DNA of 64,000 bases, from the NCBI GenBank assembly GCA_964016885.1, contig OZ024744.1:5332001-5396000 (forward strand), in the 5' to 3' direction. Within the stretch, counting starts at the first letter, position 1, and each line of letters begins with the position of its first letter. The translations under genes were made by a program, and so were the position numbers. Below are positions 51,001-61,830 of the stretch, one piece after another. The notes beneath the pieces were generated by a model, which was not told the DNA's origin, did not search any database, and saw nothing but the letters and a program-made list of their open reading frames with translations. Source of the stretch: Eledone cirrhosa. Its lineage: Eukaryota.

Positions 51001-54000
51001 GTCTATCTTGGTAGACAGTGGTGTTGGTAGCAGAGGTCTATCTTGGTAGACAGTGGTGTTGGTAGCAGAGGTATATCTTGGTAGACAGTGGTGTTGGTAG
51101 CAGAGGTATATCTTGGTAGACAGTGGTGTTGGTAGCAGAATCTATCTTGGTAGACAGTGGTGTTGGTCGCAGAGGTCTATCTTGGTAGACAGTGAGGTTG
51201 GTAGCAGAGGTCTATCTTGGTAGACAGTGGTGTTGGTAGCAGAGGTCTATCTTGGTAGACAGTGATGTTGGTAGAAGAGGTCTATGTTGGTAGAAAGTGA
51301 GGTTGGTAGCAGAGGTCTATCTTGGTAGACAGTGGTGTTGGTAGCAGAGGTATATCTTGGTAGACAGTGGTGTTGGTAGCAGAGGTCTATATTGGTAGAC
51401 AGTGGTGTTGGTAGCATAGGTTTATATTGGTAGACAGTGGTGTTGGTAGAAGAGGTCTATGTTGGTAGACAGTGGTGTTGGTAGCAGAGGTCTATCTTCG
51501 TAGACATTGAGGTTGGTAGCAGACATCTATCTTGGTAGACAGTGGTGTTGGTAGCAGAGGTTTATCTTGGTAGACATTGAGGTTGGTAGCAGAGGTCTAT
51601 CTTGGTAGACAGTGGTGTTGGTAGCAGAGGTCTATCTTGGTAGACAGTGGTGTTCGTAGCAGATGTCTATCTTGGTAGACAGTGGTGTTGGGAGCAGAGG
51701 TCTATGTTGGTAGACAGTGGTGTTGGTAGCAGAGGTTTATCTTGGTAGACATTGAGGTTGGTAGCAGAGGTCTATCTTGGTAGACAGTGGTGTTGGTAGC
51801 AGAGGTCTATGTTGGTAGACAGTGGTGTTGGTAGCAGAGGTCTATCTTGGTAGACAGTGGTGTTGGTAGCAGAGGTCTATATTGGTAGACAGTGGTGTTG
51901 GTAGCAGAGGTCTATCTTGGTAGACAGTGAGGTTGGTAGCAGAGGTCTATCTTCGTAGACAGTGAGGTTGGTAGCAGAGGTCTATCTTGGTAGACAGTGG
52001 TGTTGGTAGCAGAGGTCTATGTTGGTAGACAGTGAGGTTGGTAGCAGAGGTCTATCTTGGTAGACAGTGAAGTTGGTAGCAGAGGTCTATCTTGGTAGAC
52101 AGTGAGGGTGGTAGCAGAGGTCTATCTTGGTAGACAGTGGTGTTGGTAGCAGAGGTCTATCTTGGTAGACAGTGAGGTTGGTAGCAGAGGTCTATCTTGG
52201 TAGACAGTGGTGTTGGTAGCAGAGGTCTATCTTGGTAGACAGTGGGGTGGGTAGCAGAGGTCTATCTTGGTAGACAGTGGTGTTGGTAGCAGAGGTCTAT
52301 CTTGGTAGACAGTGGTGTTGGTAGCAGAGGTCTATGTTGGTAGACAGTGGTGTTGGTAGCAGAGGTTAATCTTGGTAGACAGTGGTGTTGGTAGCAGAGG
52401 TCTATCTTGGTAGACAGTGGTGTTGGTAGCAGAGATCTATCTTGGTAGACAGTAGTGTTGGTAGCAGAGGTCTATGTTGGTAGACAGTGGTGTTTGTAGC
52501 AGAGGTCTATGTTGGTAGACAGTGGTGTTGGAAGCAGAGGTCTATCTTAGTAGACAGTGGTGTTGGTACATAGGTCTATGTTGGTAGACAGTGAGGTTGG
52601 TAGCAGAGGTCTATATTGGTAGACAGTGAGGTTGGTAGCAGAGGTCTATCTTGGTAGACAGTGAGGTTGGTAGCAGAGCTCTATCTTGGTAGAAAGTGGT
52701 GTTGGTAGCAGAGGTCTATGTTGGTAGACAGTGGTGTTGGTAGCAGAGGTTTATCTTGGTAGACAGTGGTGTTGGTAGCAGAGGTCTATGTTGGTAGACA
52801 GTGGTGTTGGTAGCAGAGGTATATCTTGGTAGGCAGTGGTGTTGGTAGCAGAGCTCTATCTTGGTAGACAGTGGTGTTGGTAGCAGAGGTCTTTCTTGGT
52901 AGACAGTGGTGTTGCTAGCAGAGGTCTATGTTGGTAGAAAGTGAGGTTGGTAGCTGAGGTCTATGTTGGTAGACAGTGGTGTTGGTAGCAGAAGTCTATC
53001 TTGGTAGACAGTGAGGTTGGTAGCAGAGGTCTATCTTGGTAGACAGTGGTGTTGGTAGCAGAGGTCTATCTTGGTAGACAGTGGTGTTGGTAGCAGAGGT
53101 CTATCTTGGTAGACAGTGGTGTTGGTAGCAGAGGTCTATCTTGGTAGACAGTGGTGTTGGTAGCAGAGGTCTATCTTGGTAGACAGTGGTGTTGGTAGCA
53201 GAGGTCTATCTTGGTAGACAGTGGTGTTGGTAGCAGAGGTCTATCTTGGTAGACAGTGGTGTTGCTAGCAGAGGTCTATCTTGGTAGACAGTGGTGTTGG
53301 TAGCAAAGGTCTATGTTGGTAGACAGTGAGGTTGGTAGCAGAGGTCTATCTTGGTAGACAGTGAGGGTGCTTGCAGAGGTCTATCTTGGTAGACAGTGGT
53401 GTTGGTAGCAGAGGTCTATCTTGGTAGACAGTGAGGTTGGTATCAGAGGTCTATCTTGGTAGACAGTGAGGTTGGTAGCAGAGGTCTATGTTGGTAGACA
53501 GTGGTGTTGGTAGCATAGGTCTATCTTGGTAGACAGTGGTGTTGGTAGCAGAGGTCTATGTTGGTAGACAGTGGTGTTGGTAGTAGAGGTTTATCTTGCT
53601 AGACAGTGGTGTTGGTAGCAGATGTCTATCTTGGTAGACAGTGGTGTTGGTAGCAGAGGTCTATCTTGGTAGACAGTGGTGTTGGTAGCAGATATCTATC
53701 TTGGTAGACAGTGGTGTTGGTAGCAGAGGTCTATGTTGGTAGACAGTGGTGTTGGTAGCAGAGGTCTATCTTGGTAGTCAGTGGTGTTGGTAGCAGAGGT
53801 CTATCTTGGTAGACAGTGGTGTTGGTAGCAGAGGTCTATCTTGGTAGACAGTGGTGTTGGTAGCAGAGGTCTATGTTGGTAGAAAGTGAGGTTGGTAGCA
53901 GAGGTCTATGTTGGTAGACAGTGGTGTTGGTAGCAGAGGTCTATCTTGGTAGACAGTGGTGTTGGTAGAAGAGGTCTATGTTGGTAGACAGTGAGGTTGG

Positions 54001-56220
54001 TAGCAGAGGTCTATCTTGGCAGACAGTGAGGTTGGTAGCAGAGGTCTATGTTGGTAGACAGTGGTGTTGGTAGCAGAGGTCTATGTTGGTAGACAGTGGT
54101 GTTGCTAGCAGAGGTCTATCTTGGTAGACAGTGGTGTTGGTAGCAGAGGTCTATCTTGGTAGACAGTGGTTTTGGTAGCAGAGGTCTATATTGGTAGACA
54201 GTGGTGTTGGTAGTAGAGGTCTATCTTGGTAGACAGTGGTGTTGGTAGCAGATGTCTATCTTGGTAGACAGTGGTGTTGGTAGCAGAGGTCTATCTTGGT
54301 AGACAGTGGTGTTGGTAGCAGAGGTCTATCTTGGTAGACAGTGGTGTTGGTAGCAGAGGTCTATCTTGGTAGACAGTGTTGTTGGTAGCAGAGGTCTATC
54401 TTGGTAGACAGTGGTGTTGGTAGCAGACATCTATCTTGGTAGACAGTGGTGTTGGTAGCAGATGTCTATCTTGGTAGACAGTGGTGTTGGTAGCAGAGGT
54501 CTATCTTGGTAGGCAGTGGTGTTGGTAGCAGAGGTCTAACTTGGTAGACAGTGGTGTTGGTAGCAGAGGTCTATGTTGGTAGACAGTGGTGTTGGTAACA
54601 GAGGTCTATCTTGGTAGACAGTGGTGTTGGAAGCAGAGGTCTATCTTGGTAGACAGTGGTGTTGGTAGCAGAGGTCTATCTTGGTAGACAGTGTTATTGG
54701 TAGCAGAGGTCTATCTTGGTAGACAGTGGTGTTGGTAACAGAGGTCTATCTTGGTAGACAGTGGTGTTGGTAGCAGAAGTATATCTTGGTAGACAGTGAT
54801 GTTAGTAGAATAGGTCTATGTTGGTAGAAAGTGAGGTTGGTAGCAGAGGTCTATCTTGGTAGACAGTGGTGTTGGTAGCAGAGGTTTATATTGGTAGACA
54901 GTGGTGTTGGTAGCAGAGGTCTATCTTGGTAGACATTGAGGTTGGTAGCAGAGGTCTATCTTGGTAGACAGTGGTGTTGGTAGCAGAGGTCTATGTTGGT
55001 AGACAGTGGTGTTGGTAGCAGAGGTCTATCTTGGTAGACAGTGGTGTTGGTAGCAGAGGTCTATATTGGTAGACAGTGGTGTTGGTAGCAGAGGTCTATC
55101 TTGGTAGACAGTGAGGTTGGTAGCAGAGGTCTATCTTGGTAGACAGTGAGGTTGGTAGCAGAGGTCTATCTTGGTAGATAGTGGTGTTGGTAGCAGAGGT
55201 CTATGTTGGTAGACAGTGAGGTTGGTAACATAGGTCTATCTTGGTAGACAGTGAGGTTGGTAGCAGAGGTCTATCTTGGTAGACAGTGAGGGTGGTAGCA
55301 GAGGTCTATCTTGGTAGACAGTGGTGTTGGTAGCAGAGGTCTATGTTGGTAGACAGTGGTGTTTTTAGCAGAGGTTAATCTTGGTAGACAGTGGTGTTGG
55401 TAGCAGAGGTCTATCTTGGTAGACAGTGGTGTTGGTAGCAGAGGTCTATCTTGGTAGACAGTGGTGTTGGTAGCAGAGGTCTATCTTGGTAGACAGTGGT
55501 GTTGGTAACAGAGGTCTATGTTGGTAGACAGTGAGGTTGGTAGCAGAGGTCTATGTTGGTAGACAGTGGTGTTGGTAGCAGAGGTCTATCTTGGTAGACA
55601 GTGGTGTTGGTAGAAGAGGTCTATGTTGGTAGACAGTGAGGTTGGTAGCAGAGGTCTATCTTGGTAGACAGTGAGGTTGGTAGCAGAGGTCTATCTTGGT
55701 AGACAGTGGTGGTGATAGCAGAGGTCTATCTTGGTAGACAGTGGTGTTGGTAGCCGAGGTCTATCTTGGTAGACAATCAGGGTGGTAGCAGAGGTCTATG
55801 TTGGTAGACAGTGGTGTTGGTAGCAGAGGTCTATGTTGGTAGACAGTGGTGTTGGTAGCAGAGGTCTATCTTGGTAGACAGTGGTGTTGGTAGCAGAGGT
55901 CTATCTTGGTAGATAGTGGTGTTGGTAGCAGAGGTCTATGTTGGTAGACAGTGAGGTTGGTAACATAGGTCTATCTTGGTAGACAGTGAGGTTGGTAGCA
56001 GAGGTCTATCTTGGTAGACAGTGAGGGTGGTAGCAGAGGTCTATCTTGGTAGACAGTGGTGTTGGTAGCAGAGGTCTATGTTGGTAGACAGTGGTGTTTT
56101 TAGCAGAGGTTAATCTTGGTAGACAGTGGTGTTGGTAGCAGAGGTCTATCTTGGTAGACAGTGGTGTTGGTAGCAGAGGTCTATCTTGGTAGACAGTGGT
56201 GTTGGTAGCAGAGGTCTATC
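44677..56220. repeat. 11,544-bp tandem duplication, copy 2
   Basis: Homology is bounded by G33132/C44676 on the left and G44844/T56388 on the right. Internal differences noticed: G36062/T47606 and G37147/T48691. Confidence 0.93.
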
Positions 56221-59200
56221 TTGGTAGACAGTGGTGTTGGTAGCAGAGGTCTATGTTGGTAGACAGTGAGGTTGGTAGCAGAGGTCTATGTTGGTAGACA
56301 GTGGTGTTGGTAGCAGAGGTCTATCTTGGTAGACAGTGGTGTTGGTAGAAGAGGTCTATGTTGGTAGACAGTGAGGTTGGTAGCAGATGTCTATCTTGGT
56401 AGACAGTGAGGTTGGTAGCAGAGGTCTATCTTGGTAGACAGTGGTGGTGGTAGCAGAGGTCTATCTTGGTAGACAGTGGTGTTGGTAGCCGAGGTCTATC
56501 TTGGTAGACAATCAGGGTGGTAGCAGAGGTCTATGTTGGTAGACAGTGGTGTTGGTAGCAGAGGTCTATGTTGGTAGACAGTGGTGTTGGTAGCAGAGGT
56601 CTATCTTGGTAGACAGTGGTGTTGGTAGCAGAGGTCTATCTTGGTAGACAGTGGTGTTGGTAGCCGAGGTCTATCTTGGTAGACAATCAGGGTGGTAGCA
56701 GAGGTCTATGTTGGTAGACAGTGGTGTTGGTAGCAGAGGTCTATGTTGGTAGACAGTGGTGTTGGTAGCAGAGGTCTATCTTGGTAGACAGTGGTGTTGG
56801 TAGCAGAGGTCTATCTTGGTAGACAGTGAGGTTGGTAGCAGAGGTCTATATTGGTAGACAGTGGTGTTGGTAGCAGAGGTATATCTTGGTAGACAGTGGT
56901 GTTGGTAGCAGATGTCTATCTTGGTAGACAGTGTTGTTGGTAGCAGAGGTCTATCTTGGTAGACAGTGGTGTTGGTAGCAGAGGTCTATCTTGGTAGACA
57001 GTGGTGTTGGTAGCAGAGGTCTATGTTGGTAGACAGTGAGGTTGGTAGCAGAGGTCTATCTTGGTAGACAGTGGTGTTGGTAACAGATGTCTATCTTGGT
57101 AGACAGTGGTGTTGGTAGCAGAGGTCTATGTTGGTAGACAGTGGTGTTGGTAGCAGAGGTCTATCTTGGTAGTCAGTGGTGTTGGTAGCAGAGGTCTATC
57201 TTGGTAGACAGTGGTGTTGGTAGCAGAGGTCTATCTTGGTAGACAGTGGTGTTGGTAGCAGAGGTCTATGTTGGTAGAAAGTGAGGTTGGTAGCAGAGGT
57301 CTATGTTGGTAGACAGTGGTGTTGGTAGCAGAGGTCTATCTTGGTAGACAGTGGTGTTGGTAGAAGAGGTCTATGTTGGTAGACAGTGAGGTTGGTAGCA
57401 GAGGTCTATCTTGGCAGACAGTGAGGTTGGTAGCAGAGGTCTATGTTGGTAGACAGTGGTGTTGGTAGCAGAGGTCTATGTTGGTAGACAGTGGTGTTGC
57501 TAGCAGAGGTCTATCTTGGTAGACAGTGGTGTTGGTAGCAGAGGTCTATCTTGGTAGACAGTGGTTTTGGTAGCAGAGGTCTATATTGGTAGACAGTGGT
57601 GTTGGTAGTAGAGGTCTATCTTGGTAGACAGTGGTGTTGGTAGCAGATGTCTATCTTGGTAGACAGTGGTGTTGGTAGCAGAGGTCTATCTTGGTAGACA
57701 GTGGTGTTGGTAGCAGAGGTCTATCTTGGTAGACAGTGGTGTTGGTAGCAGAGGTCTATCTTGGTAGACAGTGTTGTTGGTAGCAGAGGTCTATCTTGGT
57801 AGACAGTGGTGTTGGTAGCAGACATCTATCTTGGTAGACAGTGGTGTTGGTAGCAGATGTCTATCTTGGTAGACAGTGGTGTTGGTAGCAGAGGTCTATC
57901 TTGGTAGGCAGTGGTGTTGGTAGCAGAGGTCTAACTTGGTAGACAGTGGTGTTGGTAGCAGAGGTCTATGTTGGTAGACAGTGGTGTTGGTAACAGAGGT
58001 CTATCTTGGTAGACAGTGGTGTTGGAAGCAGAGGTCTATCTTGGTAGACAGTGGTGTTGGTAGCAGAGGTCTATCTTGGTAGACAGTGTTATTGGTAGCA
58101 GAGGTCTATCTTGGTAGACAGTGGTGTTGGTAACAGAGGTCTATCTTGGTAGACAGTGGTGTTGGTAGCAGAAGTATATCTTGGTAGACAGTGATGTTAG
58201 TAGAATAGGTCTATGTTGGTAGAAAGTGAGGTTGGTAGCAGAGGTCTATCTTGGTAGACAGTGGTGTTGGTAGCAGAGGTTTATATTGGTAGACAGTGGT
58301 GTTGGTAGCAGAGGTCTATCTTGGTAGACATTGAGGTTGGTAGCAGAGGTCTATCTTGGTAGACAGTGGTGTTGGTAGCAGAGGTCTATGTTGGTAGACA
58401 GTGGTGTTGGTAGCAGAGGTCTATCTTGGTAGACAGTGGTGTTGGTAGCAGAGGTCTATATTGGTAGACAGTGGTGTTGGTAGCAGAGGTCTATCTTGGT
58501 AGACAGTGAGGTTGGTAGCAGAGGTCTATCTTGGTAGACAGTGAGGTTGGTAGCAGAGGTCTATCTTGGTAGATAGTGGTGTTGGTAGCAGAGGTCTATG
58601 TTGGTAGACAGTGAGGTTGGTAACATAGGTCTATCTTGGTAGACAGTGAGGTTGGTAGCAGAGGTCTATCTTGGTAGACAGTGAGGGTGGTAGCAGAGGT
58701 CTATCTTGGTAGACAGTGGTGTTGGTAGCAGAGGTCTATGTTGGTAGACAGTGGTGTTTTTAGCAGAGGTTAATCTTGGTAGACAGTGGTGTTGGTAGCA
58801 GAGGTCTATCCTGGTAGACAGTGGTGTTGGTAGCAGAGGTCTATCTTGGTAGACAGTGGTGTTGGTAGCAGAGGTCTATCTTGGTAGACAGTGGTGTTGG
58901 TAACAGAGGTCTATGTTGGTAGACAGTGAGGTTGGTAGCAGAGGTCTATGTTGGTAGACAGTGGTGTTGGTAGCAGAGGTCTATCTTGGTAGACAGTGGT
59001 GTTGGTAGAAGAGGTCTATGTTGGTAGACAGTGAGGTTGGTAGCAGAGGTCTATCTTGGTAGACAGTGAGGTTGGTAGCAGAGGTCTATCTTGGTAGACA
59101 GTGGTGGTGATAGCAGAGGTCTATCTTGGTAGACAGTGGTGTTGGTAGCCGAGGTCTATCTTGGTAGACAATCAGGGTGGTAGCAGAGGTCTATGTTGGT

Positions 59201-60519
59201 AGACAGTGGTGTTGGTAGCAGAGGTCTATCTTGGTAGACAGTGGTGTTGGTAGCAGAGGTCTATCTTGGTAGATAGTGGTGTTGGTAGCAGAGGTCTATG
59301 TTGGTAGACAGTGAGGTTGGTAACATAGGTCTATCTTGGTAGACAGTGAGGTTGGTAGCAGAGGTCTATCTTGGTAGACAGTGAGGGTGGTAGCAGAGGT
59401 CTATCTTGGTAGACAGTGGTGTTGGTAGCAGAGGTCTATGTTGGTAGACAGTGGTGTTTTTAGCAGAGGTTAATCTTGGTAGACAGTGGTGTTGGTAGCA
59501 GAGGTCTATCTTGGTAGACAGTGGTGTTGGTAGCAGAGGTCTATCTTGGTAGACAGTGGTGTTGGTAGCAGAGGTCTATCTTGGTAGACAGTGGTGTTGG
59601 TAGCAGAGGTCTATGTTGGTAGACAGTGAGGTTGGTAGCAGAGGTCTATGTTGGTAGACAGTGGTGTTGGTAGCAGAGGTCTATCTTGGTAGACAGTGGT
59701 GTTGGTAGAAGAGGTCTATGTTGGTAGACAGTGAGGTTGGTAGCAGATGTCTATCTTGGTAGACAGTGAGGTTGGTAGCAGAGGTCTATCTTGGTAGACA
59801 GTGGTGGTGGTAGCAGAGGTCTATCTTGGTAGACAGTGGTGTTGGTAGCCGAGGTCTATCTTGGTAGACAATCAGGGTGGTAGCAGAGGTCTATGTTGGT
59901 AGACAGTGGTGTTGGTAGCAGAGGTCTATGTTGGTAGACAGTGGTGTTGGTAGCAGAGGTCTATCTTGGTAGACAGTGGTGTTGGTAGCAGAGGTCTATC
60001 TTGGTAGACAGTGGTGTTGGTAGCCGAGGTCTATCTTGGTAGACAATCAGGGTGGTAGCAGAGGTCTATGTTGGTAGACAGTGGTGTTGGTAGCAGAGGT
60101 CTATGTTGGTAGACAGTGGTGTTGGTAGCAGAGGTCTATCTTGGTAGACAGTGGTGTTGGTAGCAGAGGTCTATCTTGGTAGACAGTGGTGTTGGTAGCA
60201 GAGGTCTATCTTGGTAGACAGTGGTGTTGGTAGCAGAGGTCTATCTTGGTAGACAGTGAGGTTGGTAGCAGAGGTCTATATTGGTAGACAGTGGTGTTGG
60301 TAGTAGAGGTATATCTTGGTAGACAGTGGTGTTGGTAGCAGATGTCTATCTTGGTAGACAGTGTTGTTGGTAGCAGAGGTCTATCTTGGTAGACAGTGGT
60401 GTTGGTAGCAGAGGTCTATCTTGGTAGACAGTGGTGTTGGTAGCAGAGGTCTATGTTGGTAGACAGTGAGGTTGGTAGCAGAGGTCTATCTTGGTAGACA
60501 GTGGTGTTGGTAACAGATG
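53695..60519. repeat. ~3.4-kb tandem duplication (53695-57089 and 57090-~60519; 97 and 98 monomers)
   Basis: Markers at +3,395 (tagTcag 53778/57173; gttAgtagaat 54804/58199), then +3,360 (agaTag 55914/59274), then +3,430 (56821/60251; 57081/60511). Confidence 0.9.
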
Positions 60520-60599
60520 TCTATCTTGGTAGACAGTGGTGTTGGTAGCAGAGGTCTATGTTGGTAGACAGTGGTGTTGGTAGCAGAGGTCTATCTTGG

Positions 60600-60950
60600 T
60601 AGACAGTGGTGTTGGTAGCAGATGTCTATCTTGGTAGACAGTGTTGTTGGTAGCAGAGGTCTATCTTGGTAGACAGTGGTGTTGGTAGCAGAGGTCTATC
60701 TTGGTAGACAGTGGTGTTGGTAGCAGAGGTCTATCTTGGTAGACAGTGGTGGTGGTAGCAAGGTCTATCTTGGTAGACAGTGGTGTTGGTAGCAGAGGTC
60801 TATCTTGGTAGACAGTGTTGTTGGTAGCAGATGTCTATCTTGGTAGACAGTGGTGTTGGTAGCAGAGGTCTATCTTGGTAGACAGTGGTGTTGGTAGCAG
60901 AGGTCTATCTTGGTAGACAGTGGTGGTGGTAGCAAGGTCTATCTTGGTAG
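60600..60950. repeat. 174-bp (5-monomer, one deletion) local duplication
   Basis: The deletion marker ggtggtagcaagg occurs at 60761 and 60935. Boundaries are approximate. Confidence 0.7.
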
Positions 60951-61559
60951 ACAGTGGTGTTGGAAGCAGAGGTCTATCTGGGTAGACAGTGGTGTTGGTA
61001 GCAGAGGTCTATCTTGGTAGACAGTGGTGTTGGTAACAGATGTCTATCTTGGTAGACAGTGAGGGTGGTAGCAGAGGTCTATCTTGGTAGACAGTGGTGT
61101 TGGTAACAGAGGTCTATCTTGGTAGACAGTGAGGGTGGTAGCAGAGGTCTATCTTGGTAGACAGTGGTGTTGGTAGCAGAGGTCTATCTTGGTAGACAGT
61201 GTTGTTGGAAACAGAGGTCTATCTTGGTAGACAGTGGTGTTGGTAGCAGAGGTCTATCTTGGTAGACAGTGTTGTTGGAAGCAGAGGTCTATCTTGGTAG
61301 ACAGTGGTGTTGGTAGCAGACATCTATCTTGGTAGACAGTGGTGTTGGTAACAGATGTCTATCTTGGTAGACAGTGGTGTTGGTAGCAGACATCTATCTT
61401 GGTAGGCAGTGGTGTTGGTAGCAGAGGTCTATCTTGGTAGACAGTGGTGTTGGTAGCAGAGGTCTATCTTGGTAGACAGTGGTGTTGGTAGCAGAGGTCT
61501 ATCTTGGTAGACAGTGGTGTTGGAAGCAGAGGTCTATCTTGGTTGACAGTGGTGTTGGT

Positions 61560-61830
61560 AGCAGAGGTCTATCTTGGTTGACAGTGGTATTGGTAGCAGA
61601 GGTCTATCTTAGTAGACAGTGGTGTTGGTAACAGAGGTCTATCTTGGTAGACAGTGGTGTTGGTAGCAGAGGTATATCTTGGTAGACAGTGGTGTTGGTA
61701 GCAGAGGTCTATCTTGGTTGACAGTGGTATTGGTAGCAGAGGTCTATCTTAGTAGACAGTGGTGTTGGTAACAGAGGTCTATCTTGGTAGACAGTGGTGT
61801 TGGTAGCAGAGGTATATCTTGGTAGACAGT
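61560..61830. repeat. 140-bp (4-monomer) local duplication
   Basis: The ordered marker set ggtTgacagtggtAtt, cttAgt, gtaAc, ggtAtat repeats at +140 (61579/61719). Confidence 0.88.
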
